Of a DNA stretch of 64,000 nt, positions 38,743 through 52,968 are shown one piece after another. Origin of the DNA: Camelus ferus (lineage: Eukaryota); the NCBI RefSeq assembly GCF_009834535.1, contig NC_045696.1, positions 19,718,001 through 19,782,000 on the forward strand. The letters run 5' to 3'. Made by a program: the position numbers and the translations under genes. The notes beneath the pieces were generated by a model. The model saw nothing but the letters and a program-made list of their open reading frames with translations, had not been told where the DNA came from and did not search any database. Positions within the stretch are counted from its first letter, which is position 1. Every line of letters begins with the position of its first letter.

Positions 38743-38790
38743 ACACACACACGTGTCACTACAGAAACACACACACGTGTCACTACAGAA
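38743..38790. repeat. Perfect 24-bp tandem duplication
   Basis: acacacacacgtgtcactacagaa twice (38743-38766, 38767-38790). Confidence 0.9.
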
Positions 38791-40504
38791 ATTCATTTCC
38801 TATCCCCAAACTGATGTTATTTTCTCCTTCACTGAGAGTCTTTGGATTTTTAATCAATGTAACATATAATGACTGCCAACAGTTGCACTGTCATTTTCTT
38901 TTCCAACTTTTCATTTTAAATAAAATTCTGGAAACTTTTGAATTTATCTGTCATTATCCTTGCATATCATTGATAAAGCTGTTAATATCAACAAAAATAC
39001 ATATATTTAGAAAATGCATTGTAATCCCCTCTAATAAAATAATGAAACCTAAGAAAGCGTCTCTCAGTCTCTATAGCTCACAAAGATCAAACAGTAGGTG
39101 GGAAAATTTAACTAAACGAGGCAGCATATTAAAGCAATTACCAAAACAATGAGGGAGCTTCCATATAATCATCACTACTAACTGGGCAACAAATCAGACA
39201 CTGAGGTAATAGAGGAAAATCAGTGCTTAGGGACGAGAGCAGGTTAAGGTGACAATGGGATTTTGCAAAAATTTAAATCGAAGTATAACCATTGTTCTTG
39301 AATACAAACAACACAGTTTCTTTTAACAACCAACTATCTATTGATGTTGTGAGATTCAGAATTTTCAATGAAATAAATATAAACATTATGATTTCTATAT
39401 TCATAAGCAATATTTAGAATTATTTTTCTAAAAGTTTAGAAGCAGAATTAATAAGATGTCTCTAGGGAACGTCTTTTTTGTTGTTGTTCATAGATGTTAT
39501 TATCAAAGAAAAAAATTGAGTTCACAAACAAATCTTAAGGCTTCTACGAAACTTGCAATATTTTTCATATTGGCTTATTAAATAGGATAATAATAAATAA
39601 AATAGTTATTTTAAAACACATCTGATTAGTTTTTGTGCATTTTCTGCCATTTTATAATCTATGAATGATTCTAGCAATAACAAAAATATATTAGCTGCAG
39701 AGCAATTATTGCTCAATATTCAATTTAAGGCCATGAAACAATACTGCAGTTCTTTTAAAATCAAATACCTAACAGAATAGCAGAAAATTCTTCATTAAAA
39801 CACTACTTTCTTCTTACTGATGGGGACACAAAATAGCTGTATAACTATCATAACTGCCAGAAATCTGAGCTTATAGTCAGCTAATTTAAGAAACAAGATA
39901 TGAAATTAGTATCCTGGGGCTGAAAACAAGCACTTGGAATTGAGATGTGACATTAATTAAAATAAGGAAAGAACTATAATATTACTGTGAAGTAATCATT
40001 ATGCTAAGGAGAACATATAAAAAAGAATTAGAACTGAAGGATAATGCCCAATTATCTTGCTCTGAATGAAGTTCAAATGCAATATAACAATCTTCCAAAT
40101 GAGAAATTACAGTTGAACTTTTGAAAAATAATCCACAGCATGCTTGCTCAAATTGAAATAAAGTGAAAAACAAGCAAACACGGAAACCATAAAATGAAGC
40201 AAAACACAGAACAAAATGAAGCGAGAAGAGAAGGACTGTAGATGACCTTCCATTAGTGCTCACTAGTCCAAAAAGCTAGGAGTGGACGTAGAATTCAGAG
40301 CCTTCATAATAAAAACGACTGCATTCTTGCCCATATTGTCTTAGAGAAGCACTGAGGAGTGGTAGTTAGCCTTTCATGAGAAATCAGGAAGTGTGATGAG
40401 AGTGCAAGAGCGCTATCGCAAACATCTTAAATGCATTGGTGCAAAAGAGCGTGTGTGTTGGGAGTGTAGACGGAGAAGGGGATATAAATCAGTGAAAACG
40501 CTGA

Positions 40505-40625
40505 GAAGGGAAGGAGAAAGAAGAGATGGAAGAAGAAAAAGAAAGGAAAAAAGACCAAAGAAGAGGGGAGGAGGGAATGAACACAAGAAGGGAGAGGAAA
40601 GAAAAAAAGAGAAAATAAAACAAAA
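40505..40625. repeat. Purine-rich low-complexity tract
   Basis: Almost only A and G. Confidence 0.85.
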
Positions 40626-42648
40626 GCCTTTGTTTCAGCCTTTACACTAATTAGCAAGGCTGCTGAGAGGTTCATATGACACACAGCCATGGAAGAGGCA
40701 GCATCCTTCCTTACTGATTTGCACCTGCAATGCCCCTCACTCTTTCCTCTTAGCTTGTCTGAATTGGCTAAGCCTGTGAGGTTCAGTTTGGATCACCCAT
40801 CTTGCAGGAAGACAGGATGACCTCTCCCATTCCTGGACTACACAGGCCCTTGTTCTGCAACTTATTGTGAGATTGGTCCAATTCCTGCCTCTTTTCTGTC
40901 TTGTAGTTGTTTGTAACCAATAATGTATTAAGACAGATAGTTAGGCATACGCAATGATGACTTGAGCTCCTTTCCTGCTGATGGAGGGATCCCTTTAACA
41001 AACCATGGGTCCTGAGCAAGTGAAAGGAAGGGGATGGAGCCTCACTCTGAAGAACATCCAAGAATATCAAACAGCATCATCACAAGAAGTGCATTGTTTA
41101 TTTCTTATCAAAAGTCTTGGTAGGCGCTTTAACAGGCAAGCCCTGTTAAAAGGAAAACTGGGGAGTTTTCCTCCAATTTAGCATTTCTGAGAGATTTTTC
41201 CATTAAGATTTCAAAAGTTATTCCTAAATAAATACACAGTTATTCCTAGTTCTATCAGTAAAATTAAGCCATGAAAAGCATACAACTTAATTTTATTCAT
41301 CTATTCATTAGTCCAGTCATTAAACAGAACTGGATTAAAGTTTCACATGTACCTAACATCGAGCCATGTCACTATTTTAATTGATCTCCAGGTAAGACAT
41401 GCAAGAGATATGGTCTCTTCCTTTGGACTTTATTAAGTCTGTGATGATGCCTAGAATTGCTACATCCAAACTGGAAATAGTCCAACTGATAAAAAACACA
41501 GCCCATTAAAATGGACAAAGACTCTCAGAGAAAAAGAGCTGGAACCTCGAACTTTAGTGCTACTTATACACTTCTTGTTATCTCAGAAAATATATTTTAA
41601 CATTCTAGCCAATTTGAATAGATTTTATCTCTCCATAGAAGACACTGCAAATGCACACACATATACCCCCACGCACCCCCACAAATACACACACACACAC
41701 ACTTTCCATAGTTCTGAGCTTATAATTAAACATGATCTAGGAAAATAATGTATAATTGTTGAGAAAGAGTTTTTTAGAAATAATGAAGGAACTTAAAGCA
41801 GAATATGAAGTATATAAGACAGTGATCTGGGAAAGGTCATGATAGGAGAGATTTCCTTAAAAGACTCTATAACCAGAAAAAGAATTATTTGATACATGAA
41901 ACCATCCATGAAAGCTGGTAACAAGTCTTATTTATCTCTGAGAATAGCAACCACTGACCCAGCGACTATGACCAGAATGGACTTAATACTTTAACTGTCA
42001 AGAGAGATGCAGAGAAGAATTAAGTGGGGAGAGGACTTAAAAATAAACTTGATTTTTTAAATGTTTTCATTTAATTTAACTAATTTCTACAGAATCTGCA
42101 CCCTGAGTTTCTATTTTGTGGTAAATAAATAAGAAGGATGCTAAATAGTGACTGAGCACTCAGCACTGGGACAGACACTGAAGAGCAATGACATAAAGAT
42201 AGAAGAGAAAACGTTCTCATAAAATGTCTTTCTACTTGCTAGTTAATAGCAGTGGTCATATTCCCAAGAAAATGTAAAATCAACCTGGAGGAGTCATTCA
42301 TTCCAACTTCCTTCCATCTTTTTTTTTTTCACATTTTTCCTGCAGACAAATTTTGTCTTTGAATGAAATTAATAGACAAAATAAGTAAACCAGGTTATTG
42401 GGGAAAAAGTTAAAAAGCAGAAGTGAGGAAGCCCTGGGAAGCTTGGAGCTCTGTTTGGTCTGCTAGTCAGTGTCTCACTTTCACTCCAAGAAGTCACCGC
42501 TCATTGGTTCACTGGGACACCTTTTGATAAACAACTTTTTCAATACTCTTAGCATCGTTAAGATAGGCTAAGTCACATCTTCTGTCATGCTCTTTAGATT
42601 TAAGAATCAGCTTCTGGCACAGCTGACACCTCCACTTTTGTTACTAAC

Positions 42649-42730
42649 CTGTTCCTACAACGGAGAATTAACACCGACCTTTGTAAACTAAGGGTTACAT
42701 CCCAGGAGATCCATTAGCACATGATTACAC
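42649..42730 (-). pseudogene. PHYHIP-like exon (82 nt), CNHVLMDLLGCN/frameshift/PLVYKGRC*FSVVGT
   Basis: gggaatacag|G...ACAG|gttagt; YKGRC*F ~ PHYHIP PYGRWRF; requires a 1-nt frameshift and contains a stop. Confidence 0.5.
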
Positions 42731-43710
42731 CTGTATTCCCAATATTAGACACACATGCATGCAAAACCACTTGCAATTAACAAATGATATTTTTAAAAAT
42801 ACCATATAGAAAAATGAAATGTTGCTTATAAGAGTCAACATTCTGTTTAAAGAATATGGTTTTATACAGAATAACTTTAAAAAAATAGTATCAGAAGAAG
42901 AGTAAAAGATCAGATCTTTTATGTCACTTTCAAATTTGTACATGCCTGGAGATTCTCAAGGGAAACCTTCTCTTGTCCCAAAACCAGGGTGGAGAATCAG
43001 GATCTTGGGGAATTAAGTGTAATCTAAAAGACATACTTAAAGTATTTACCATTTTTCTAATAAATATCATGGAATATAAACTAAGAGCTTTTGGGTTCAG
43101 AGGTATTCATAGATTATATAGTTGGAATATATTACAGAAGCATAGATTAAAAGAGGGAGAGAAATGAGGGTTAAAAAAGACAAAGCAGAATTAGCTAACT
43201 TAACGTGAGTGATTACAACTCAGTGGTAAAGTCAGAGAATTATGTGTTACTGTTTACTACTGTCTTTACTTTAAAATAAAGCAATTAGTATGAAGTTGAG
43301 GTTACACAAATTTAAATGAAGACTATCTAACAATTTTATTACTCATAGTAAAAACCAGCATTAATATTGAATTTCCAGAAGGTCAATCAAAGCAAAAGAG
43401 GCATTAAGTCCTAAAATCTTAGATAAATAACTGAAGAAAAAAATTCCACATTAAATATTCACAGTGCAGTATAAGTCTCACTATATAGGACCAACTGATT
43501 AAAAGCACAAACTATATAAATTACAACAAATGCTGACAATAGTTTTTCTTGAAGTGATAGGTTTACTTTATGCATTTTGGAAAAAAAATATGTTTGCTAA
43601 AAACTCAAATCTGAATAACAATATTTTATCAGTAATTTTCTAAGTAAGAATAATGTTCCATATTTAAACAAAAACAAAACAAAGTTAGTTTAGTTCACAA
43701 TTCAGTCTAC

Positions 43711-43786
43711 ACTGGCTTCTTCCTTAAAATAATTATCGTATCTTTGCAGCAGAACAAGCTTTATGCATAGTTTCAATTTTCTCACA
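43711..43786 (-). pseudogene. PHYHIP-like exon VRKLKLCIKLVLLQRYDNYFKEEA
   Basis: ttttcaatatttag|T acceptor; NYFKEEA ~ PHYHIP EYFQHA; donor position uncertain. Confidence 0.45.
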
Positions 43787-43879
43787 CTAAATATTGAAAA
43801 GATGTGTAGACAAGTATTGAAATACAAAGCAAACTGCTTCTTGAGGGACATGCTTAAATGAAATTGGTTATCTTCTCCT

Positions 43880-44130
43880 GAAGATTGTGTGAGAGTCAAG
43901 AATCATGTGACCACTAGAACAATTTCACATCACTGTTGGGATTCTTGCTAAGGGACACCAGTTTTGCCCACCACCAGCTTTGCATCACTAGTGCAAAAAT
44001 CAACACGCTGAACAAAAGTCCAACTACTGTACAAACATTAGTCTGAATATAGCTTGTTTAACTCACAGGTCCCCTGAAAGATTTAAGGCATGAATCTGGG
44101 GGGTAGTCTTACTTTAAGAACCACGGGTAT
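43880..44130. mobile_element. Old non-autonomous DNA transposon (hAT/MER-like) fragment
   Basis: cacaggtcccctgaaag...actttaagaaccac resembles MER5/Charlie-type ends; subfamily uncertain. Confidence 0.4.
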
Positions 44131-44339
44131 AGGTCCTCAATTCTAAAAGCCTCGATGCCTTATGCTAACACTTAGCAAAGTTCTGCAGAAAAACGATTAT
44201 GTGCAGGAAAGCACCGTGTATCCCACGCTCAGGACTGTGAGCAGGACAGCAACAGAATACACTGCATTATTTTTAATCCTATTAAGCCAAATCTGAACAT
44301 AAGTAGTTTAAGGAGGCCTCAAGATATATTTTTACTAAT

Positions 44340-44640
44340 ATCTACTATTGATTCTAGAGTGTACAAATGACTCCTGGGCAACGTGGTCAATCTTTCTGGC
44401 CAATCTCCTATAATAATCTGTTTGGGGGCATTCTGTGATCTGCCCGATTCTTTTAGCTTGACCACTCGCTTGTGGGGGATAAGGTCTTATGGTGACAGAC
44501 TGATAAAGTTTTCTCAACGCACATTTCTTAAATGACATTATCAGGACTAATATCATTGGTCACAAAATAACTGCCAGAGAGTAGTGACCACAGCCCTTGA
44601 AGTATGAAAAGGAACTAGACATTTCAGTTCACTTGGAGGG
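44340..44640 (-). mobile_element. Gypsy/Ty3 LTR-retrotransposon integrase remnant
   Basis: Across frameshifts: SK*xE, LVPFHTSRAVVTTLWQLF, PMILV.DN, SVTIRPYPPQASGQAKRIGQIT, NAPKQIIIGDWPERL; colinear with Gypsy integrase SKWxE...LRQLF...P.xIVSDNG...PYHPQANGQAER. Confidence 0.75.
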
Positions 44641-44966
44641 GTATTTAAAGTACATCCCGGCTGCCTGTTACAGTTCAGTTTTATTTCAAATAGGAAATCA
44701 ACATTATAGAGGTTGGAATAGAAACAGGTGAGTAATAAAACAAATGAGAAGGATGCGTCCAGGCCTTTAGAAAAATAGTCACTTTTTTCAAACAGCTTTA
44801 TTCTCCATAAGCAAAAACATTATTTCTAAATACAAAAGTTAGAATTCAGAAAATAAAAACAAAATACATTTTAGGGAAAAAAGAGGGAATTAGAAATAGT
44901 GAGGGAGAAAACTGTGACACCGTAAAAATAAAACACAATGAATCATTATAGAATATTATGTCTTTA

Positions 44967-45034
44967 TTGAAGTATAGTTAATTTACATACTTCAGGTGTA
45001 CAGCAAAGTGAGTCAGTTATACATATATATATTC
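44967..45034 (-). mobile_element. Very short young L1 3' tail insertion with TSD
   Basis: ttgaagtatagttaatttaca...caggtgtacagcaaagtgagtcagttatacatat flanked by tagaa(t/c)attatgtcttta at 44949-44966 and 45035-45052. Confidence 0.75.
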
Positions 45035-45569
45035 TAGAACATTATGTCTTTAAAAAAGGCAAAAGAAACTTCAAATGTTAAAAATACAGTATTTTGTTGT
45101 AACAGAGAAGATAAAAAAATTAAATTTTTGTATGACATGGAATTATGGTAAATAAAGGGATAGCAGAATGTCTATACAAAATTAAAGTTGTTCAACTATT
45201 TAAAATATTAATAAAATATTAATAAAAGTCTTTAATGAGACTATTATGTGATTCATTAAGTTAATGGTTCAATAATTCACACAATAAACATTAATCTACA
45301 AAGCCAGAAGACATCCATCACACTTTATATCCAATGATTGTAAGACTCAGTTTTTGCTTTGGAAAATGCACAGACCAATGAGAGGACAGCTAGAGCTCTG
45401 AGTCTTCCAGTGAGTGGAGTACTCCACTCCTTCTTCACTTTCCTCAAAACTCAAACAACTCCCTCCCACCTCCTTACAATCACCAGATGAATGGGACACT
45501 ACTGTTGCAAATTAAAAAAAAATAAATAAATAAAAGTAAAATCAGGAGAAAACTTTTACCTTCCCCATC

Positions 45570-46010
45570 CACCCAATCTACCAAGCCTCTGGTTTCTGTA
45601 ACCAACCACTTTGGTTTTCTTCTTGCTCCAGTGAGTGGATTATCCCTGCTCTGTATCTGATCCACTTTGATCTGTAACATGATTCAGTCAATTTCTCCCT
45701 CCTGGAATCACTTTTTGCACTTGACTTTTGGAGCAATCCCCTCTTGCTTCTCCACCTTAGTCTTCAGTCTTCTTGTGGAATTATCCTCATCTTCCAGACC
45801 TCCAAATGGTCTTTGGTCTTCTTGTGAAATTATCCTTTTCTTCTGTGATCTCCAAATGCCAGGATGTCCTGACACAGACTGGGATCTTTTCTGCCATCCA
45901 TTTTCCCTCTCAAAGTGCATCACGTCCAATCCCATAGCTTTCAATAACATCTCCATGTTTAAAATTCTCAGTGCACAATTCCAGTCCTGATCTCTCAACT
46001 GAAATATGGA
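45570..46010 (+). mobile_element. L2 ORF2 fragment
   Basis: Minus-strand ORF 45708-45998 (MEMLLKAMGLDVM...) is the typical antisense reading of L2; ccagtcctgatctctc. Confidence 0.6.
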
Positions 46011-47757
46011 TTTATATTTAAAAAGAGCAGTTGTGTATGAACAGTAAATTAAATAGAATACTCAACCCTTGCAAAAACATAGTTACTGTAATTTATTATT
46101 TAATTTAGGCTTGAACTTCTTCAAAATGTAGAAAGATTCATTAGAAAGAAAAACATGATGTACATTATAATTTCCTTTGTCAGATAAAAATAAGTATACT
46201 CTTCTGTTTGGAGAATAATCCTTTGCCTGGAACTATACTCTATAAAGAGTTAACTTGGTTGCCTTTTAAATAAAGAATAGTACACAAAAAGTGTTCCCTG
46301 AAATAATTTATATTTGTATGCGATTTCCTTTTTGTGTAGGACATTGATAGACACCTTTGTTCAGCTAACGATGTTATTAAACACTGTAAATAACAACAGT
46401 GTTGTTATTAAACACACACTATACTCAGGCACTTTTTTCATCTAACTTTGTGATAATCTCATTAATTCTGTGATTACTGGAGTATCTGTAGTATTTACTC
46501 AAGTAAGAGCTGAGGCTACTAGTTTAAAGGACTAAGTTTGCTCCACCTGTAAGTAGGAGAGCCAGTATTTACTCACATATTGTTTCCCCTCCCATGAAGG
46601 ACAGTGTTCAATGATCATTTGTAGTAGGAAAACATGCAGTCTCCAAATAAATGTTTTAATAAAGTCCCAGGATAGAATGTTTTCAAATAGAACTCGCAGA
46701 AGGCATTCTCTGGTACTTTCATGAAAAGTCCAGATTCTTGATAATTTTGTCTATTAATCTGATATACCATAATGTATAAAACATACAGAAAATTATTTTT
46801 CATTACACATCTGACTTTAAATAATGATTTTGTATGTGATATTTCACATTTAATTTGAACTTTAGACAGGAAATACATACTCTATTTCTCCTTTACCTAA
46901 CTTGACTGGCAGTTTGTGTTTAATGCTGAATAAAAGTGAGATGCCACTACATGCCAAACATTGCGCAAACAGTTGGGGGATAAGGAGATGCATTCCTGTC
47001 CTCAAGAAGTTAATAGAAATGGAAAATAAAATAATACTAGATGGAATCAACATATTGACTATATATTTATCAGAAAATTCCAGTTTAACAAGTATGCTTT
47101 TAGAAGCTCAACAAGTTGTTAAAATCTTAGCAGCTATGTAAACATTGAGATGAAAGAAATAATTCAGTGGAAGAAGTATTTTCACTGAACTTTAACAACC
47201 ATTGTATTTTAATTAACACTAAAATACATTTTTTAAAAAAGTCCAAGGAATAGAATGTTGGGAATAGTAATAAGAATATAACTATTATAATTTGCCTCTA
47301 TGCAGGAAAAAGTTCACTTCTATCCTATGAAAAGTAATTCATGAAATTAGCAGACTTTTATGTTAACAGTATCTGTGATGTGTGTATAACACAATGCATG
47401 CCAAATATTTGAAATGAATTTTTTCAAGAATTTCCAATAACAGCAGAACCATATTTAACATTCAAACTATTAGTCTTAAACAGTAGAATCATATCTCACT
47501 TATACTAGGCTTATCCTTAGAAAAGTATTTTAAAGGTAAGATGGTTTCTTTCCAATTAAATTTAAATATATATCCCAGCCATTGCAAAAAGCATTGTTAG
47601 CTTTTCACAGTAGAGCTTTTCACAGTGAGCCTAGCAACTAAACAATCTAGCATATGTATTATGTTATTTTAACAATTATTTAGTCGCCAGATACATTTAC
47701 TAAAAATAAAACTAGAAAACATTACCACAGCCATAGTCAAAGACATTCGACTCTTAC

Positions 47758-47830
47758 CCAAACACAACTTTCAGTGACATCTGAGAGTCAGCAGTGAGGC
47801 TGACGTACCCTGTATTTTCTTATGTATGAT
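47758..47830 (-). pseudogene. PHYHIP-like candidate exon (73 nt) (Y)HT*ENTGYVSLTADSQMSLKVVF(G)
   Basis: ttgttgtctaaatcag|AT...TTTGG|gtaaga; phase 1 to 2 fits its neighbours; one stop. Confidence 0.5.
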
Positions 47831-48159
47831 CTGATTTAGACAACAAAAGTGTATGGTTTCTGAGTTTGGTTGCACATTTCTGAAATTCAGTATTTTATGT
47901 ACTAGGCAGTCCTCCAAATCCAACTGAAGACAAGGAGATTCAACGGCCTTGCCAGTCAAGAGTTTTAGATCCAGGTGGAAATGTCCTTATTCCATATTCT
48001 ATGCCATCTTTACAACAAATTAGAAATTGGAAAATCTATCTACTGTAGGACTTTCAAATTTTGGCCCACTGCTACAACTTGATAATTCAATTCACCTTAA
48101 AATTCATGTTTTTTTTTATACAGTTCTTATCTCTGCTTGATAAAAACTGCAACACTTAC

Positions 48160-48365
48160 ATTCATAGCCAGAATTTTTCAATTAGCATAGTCATTTTTGA
48201 CAACCATTTGGACGGTAGTGTGACAGCTTCAGTATATTTTCAAAATTGAAAGTGCCATCGATGGCCAAATGTATTCTAGATTGCTGTTTTTCAAGTTTTA
48301 CAAGAGAAATTAAACTGTGAAAGTAATTCCGTTGTCTGAAAATATGGCCTCACTTTGCAGAATTC
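48160..48365 (-). pseudogene. PHYHIP-like candidate exon (206 nt), disrupted
   Basis: gtctcactcag|GA...GAAT|gtaagt; GILQSEAIFSDNGITFTV* then, after a shift, ...RPNGCQK*LC (~ PHYHIP terminal DPSCKTC); all frames stopped. Confidence 0.5.
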
Positions 48366-50239
48366 CTGAGTGAGACTTAAAGCTTGCACACAAGTACATT
48401 TTAATGTGTTCATTGAAAAAAAAATTAAGAATTTATGAGCCAAATTACATTTTAAAAATATTTGCTTATTAATGAATTGAACAATTTGACTTTTCAAACA
48501 TAAAGCTGTTTTTTGTGACATAATATACAAATAATGCACAAAAGAAGTAACTAGGATTTTAAAAAACTACATGGTTATTCACAGACTGCAGGTGCCTTGT
48601 TTAGTGAATATATATTTCCACTCACCATGTGCAAGTATTCTAAATCCCTAGAACGTTTACGGGGAGCATTCAAGTGTTTGTCAAAAATATGAATGAACAG
48701 TAGAACGATAGTAGATAAAAGCTAAGCAGTATATGATGAATAAGCTTCTGAAGTGATCAGATTAAAGAAGAGAAATGTACAACTCTTACTGCAATAAATA
48801 TTTATTTAAATCTTAGCAATGACACCAAGGTTGAAGCAAAGTCAGCTCGTATCATATCCACTGGGGACTGCCGAGGCGATAAGACCCAAAACGTCAATAA
48901 TGAATGCACTTGATTAAGAGTTTGCCCAGCTTTCGGCTCAAGATTTCTCTAAAGTGCTTTATATCCCCAGTCACCTTTGAAAGCTCCTTTAGGACTACAG
49001 TCCTGCCTTAAGTGCCTAGCTGAAGCAAATACAATGTATTGGGACTTTTATAATATGTTATTTTTACAATGAATTAATGAAATAAGTGTACTCAACACAA
49101 AAATTAGATACGTTTGGTGACTGAGGTAGTTATCATGTAGGGAGAAAAATGTAGGTTGAAAAAATGGGGTGAAAAGTCCCTTTTCAGACAGAATTTCCTG
49201 TCCTGGTTGAAAAGTGAAATCAAATGGGCCACTCTGGAAGTGGTATAAGTAAGTATTCAAGCCTCGGATGGAAAAACAAATCTGATGCACTTTTTAGAGA
49301 CATTATTTCCTTATGGGTTTGAGAGTTATTTTCTAGTGCCACTATTCAATAGATTTTAATGCTGGACAAGTCATTTAACCTTTCTGAGCCTCAGTTATCT
49401 TATTTTTCAAGGGGAAGCCATTAATCAAAGCTGCTCCCCATTATGGTCAGGATAAAATGAAACACTGGCTGTGAAGCACAAGTAAGACTAGTAATTACAA
49501 AAGTAACACACTGTATGGCTGTTATTACCTGATATTTTAAGACTTCCAATAATCTCTAAACAAGATAGATTACTATAAAATAAACATGGAAAGCAGAAAT
49601 GTCTTGCTGATTTTAGATTTTATCCTTAGTCACGTTCTAAAGCAAAAATTACAAAGCAGCATTTCAATGGATAAGATTTTCTTTTATTACTATCTCAGAG
49701 CTTGAATAAAGTAAAACTCAATGTAAGAATAATTTTTGAGAAATCGTTTTTATCCAACCACATTATTTGCTAAGATTGACTCAGAACAAAAACATCATTT
49801 TAGCAATTGCTATGGAACATTTGTGAATAGTCCATGATTTACTTGAAAACCAGGGAATTTGATACTTATAATAAGTCTGTAGTAATTTATCTTTATTCTT
49901 TTTTTAACTACAAGGTCCTGATGTTTTATTTTCTCCTCAATGATCAATTCGGTCTTTCTTTTTTCCTTATGATTCTTATGATATTTTCTTTTGCTCTAAT
50001 TAAAAGAGAAAGAAAGTTTTCTAAAGACCTGAAGAGATAAACAGAAATAGAATATCCAAAATTATCACTATAAGGAAAATACATGGACAAAATGACCAGT
50101 GCAATAGTTACTCTGTAGTTATTTTTTTATAATAGAAAGTCATGATACAGGTAATATTTTAAAATATTATTCTTCTCAGTTTCTTTTTTCCTTTTTACAT
50201 TTTTGTGAATAATTTTGGATTATTTTTATTTGTAAAAAT

Positions 50240-51460
50240 AACATCAGACCAAAGGCACAATCCATCAAAGAAATAATTGGTAAAATGGACTTCATTAAAC
50301 TAAACTTCTGCCAAAGATAATGTCAAAAGAATGAGAAGAAAAGCCCCAGACTGGGAGGAAAAAAATTGCAAAAGACATATCTGATAAAGGACTGTTATCC
50401 AAACTATACAAAGAACTCTTCAAACTCAATGATAAGGAAATGAATAACCCAGCTAAAAAGTGGACCAAACACCTTAACAGATACCTCACCAAAGAAGATA
50501 TGTAGAGGGAAAATAAGCATATGAAAAGTTGTCCACCTTCCAGGTCACCAGGCAAATGCAAATTAAAGCAATGAGATACCACGACACACCTACTAGAATG
50601 GCTGAAATCTGGAACACTGACAATACCAAGTGCTTGAGAGGATGAATGAGGAGCATCAGGAACCCCCATTCATTGCTTGTGGCAAGACAAAACGGTACAG
50701 CCACTTTGGAAGACATTCTGAAGTTTCTTAAAGAACTACACATACTCTTAGCATTAGGTCTAGCAATCAAATCCCTTGGTATTTATACAAAGGAGTTGAA
50801 AACTTATGTCCACACAGAAAGTTGCACAGTTTATAGCAGCTTTATTTATAATTGCCAAAACTTGGAAGCAACTAAGATGTATTTCAGCTGGTGAATGGAT
50901 AAACTGGCACATCCAGAAAAATGGAATATTACTCAGCACCAAAAAGTAGTGAGCTATCAAGTCATGAAGTCATGGGCGAAAATTTACTACATGTTATTAA
51001 GTGAAAGAAGGCAATCTGAAAAGGCTACATACTGCATGATTCAACTATATAACATTCTGGAAAAGGCAAAACTATGGAAACACTAAGAAGTTCTATGGTT
51101 GTCAGTGGTTAGTGGGGAGGGAGGCATGACTAGGTAGAACACAGGGGATTTTCAGAGCCATGGAAATACACTTTATGATACTATAATGATGGATATATGC
51201 CATTACACATTTTTCCAAACCCACAAAATGTACAAACCCAAAAGTGAGCCCCTAAGGTAAACTATTGATTGTGGGTGGTAGTGATCTGTCAATGTAATAA
51301 GTTCAACAATTGTAACAAGTGTACTACACTAGGTGTGGAATGCTGATAACAGGAAAGTCTATGCATGTATGAGAGCAGTGGGTGTATTGGATATCTCAGC
51401 ATCTTCTGCTCAATTTTGCTGTGAACTTAAAATTTGCCTAAAAATAACATTTATTAAAAA
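50240..51460 (+). mobile_element. L1MC-like 3' end
   Basis: aaatggacttcattaaa...acacacctactagaatggctgaaat...tgctgtgaacttaaa...; homologous to 31100-32280. Confidence 0.9.
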
Positions 51461-51587
51461 CATTTTCAATAACATGCTGGCAAAAATTACCTTCTAATAG
51501 AGAAAAATCTAAAGAAAGAAAAACTCATCTCCAAATCCAACATTCAGAACTATTCACAATTGCTAAACATTATCCCAAATAGTACCC

Positions 51588-51648
51588 CCTCTCTCTCTCT
51601 TTCACACACACACACACACACTCACACACACACACACACACACACACA
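51588..51648. repeat. (CT)n(CA)n microsatellite
   Basis: Directly visible. Confidence 0.9.
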
Positions 51649-52644
51649 GGAATATGGCATGAATGGATAGTTTCACACACATGGATGAATGATAAACCTA
51701 ACATCTTAAAACATTTATTTTACTCAACATTATACCATAAGGATAATTCATTACATATAGCAATGAAGAGCCTATAAACTTCCAAATTCTCACCAATATA
51801 AATAACTTTGCAATGAAAAATGAGTATCCCTTAATACTGCAATTATTTCTTTAGGGCAAATTCCTAGAAGTGGGATACCTGGAATAAAGTGTATGGACTT
51901 CACAGACTAACTCCAGAGAGTTTGTCAATTTAGACTCACATCTACAGTAAATGAGAGTGAATAGTTTTCCAGTCTTGCCAATGAAGAGTTTTCATCAATC
52001 TCTTTAAATCTGCTGGATGAAAAATATGTCATTATTATTGATTCTTTTGTCAATAATAATGAGACTGAGCATCTTTTTAGACGCACTTTTTGTCATTTGT
52101 AAATTCATTAGTTCCTTCCTTTTTTTCTCATTGATTTTAAGTCCTGATGTACATTAAGGATATCCCCATCTTGGGCATTTCTTGCCAATTCTATCTCCAT
52201 TTGTATCCCAGATAGCTCTACCTGCCACGGTTTTTTTTTGTTTGTTTGTTTGTTTTTTTTTGGTTCTTCTCTAATCAATGTCTCAAGTACATCTGGATTA
52301 TTCCTATTAACTCGACATCCTGATTAATTCTTATGACCCTTTAAACTACTGTGTCCTAAGAGTCAATTCATTTTCATTTGTAACAAAGTCAAGTCATGTA
52401 ATGTATGTATTTCATAATTTCATATTACTTAATAACTTAAGGTTGTTTAATAAGTTAAACAAAATTCAAACTCTACCAAGGCTTGTGAAGTCCTATATTA
52501 CAACACTTCATTTCTAAGTAGTCTTCTTTTGTGTATTCATAATTTATTGCTGCACAAAAGTATCCCCAAACAGGGGACTTTTTTTTTTTTCCAAATTTTC
52601 TATATTCTTGTTGGTTTTTTAAATTGAGGTATAGTTGATGTAAC

Positions 52645-52830
52645 CAAATGGGGCCTCAAGACAATAAGCACTTATTATTCCACCCCATTTCTGAGGGTCA
52701 AGAATCTGGGAGGAGTTAGCTAAGCAGCTCTCTCAGGGTCTGTAATCAAGTTTCAGTCAAGCTGTTGGCCAGGGCTGCAGTCTCCTAAGAGGTTTGGGGT
52801 TAGAGGATCCACTCAAAGCTCCCACATGTG
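52645..52830 (-). mobile_element. MLT1-type LTR fragment
   Basis: tttctgagggtcaagaatctggg...gtcaagctgttggccagggctgcagtc...gaggatccac. Confidence 0.7.
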
Positions 52831-52853
52831 GCAAAAAGTAAGGATCTTTATTA

Positions 52854-52855
<2 letters not shown>

Positions 52856-52898
<43 letters not shown>

Positions 52899-52909
52899 CA
52901 TATATATAT

Positions 52910-52962
<53 letters not shown>
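52856..52962. repeat. (TG)n(TA)n microsatellite
   Basis: Directly visible. Confidence 0.95.
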
Positions 52963-52968
<6 letters not shown>

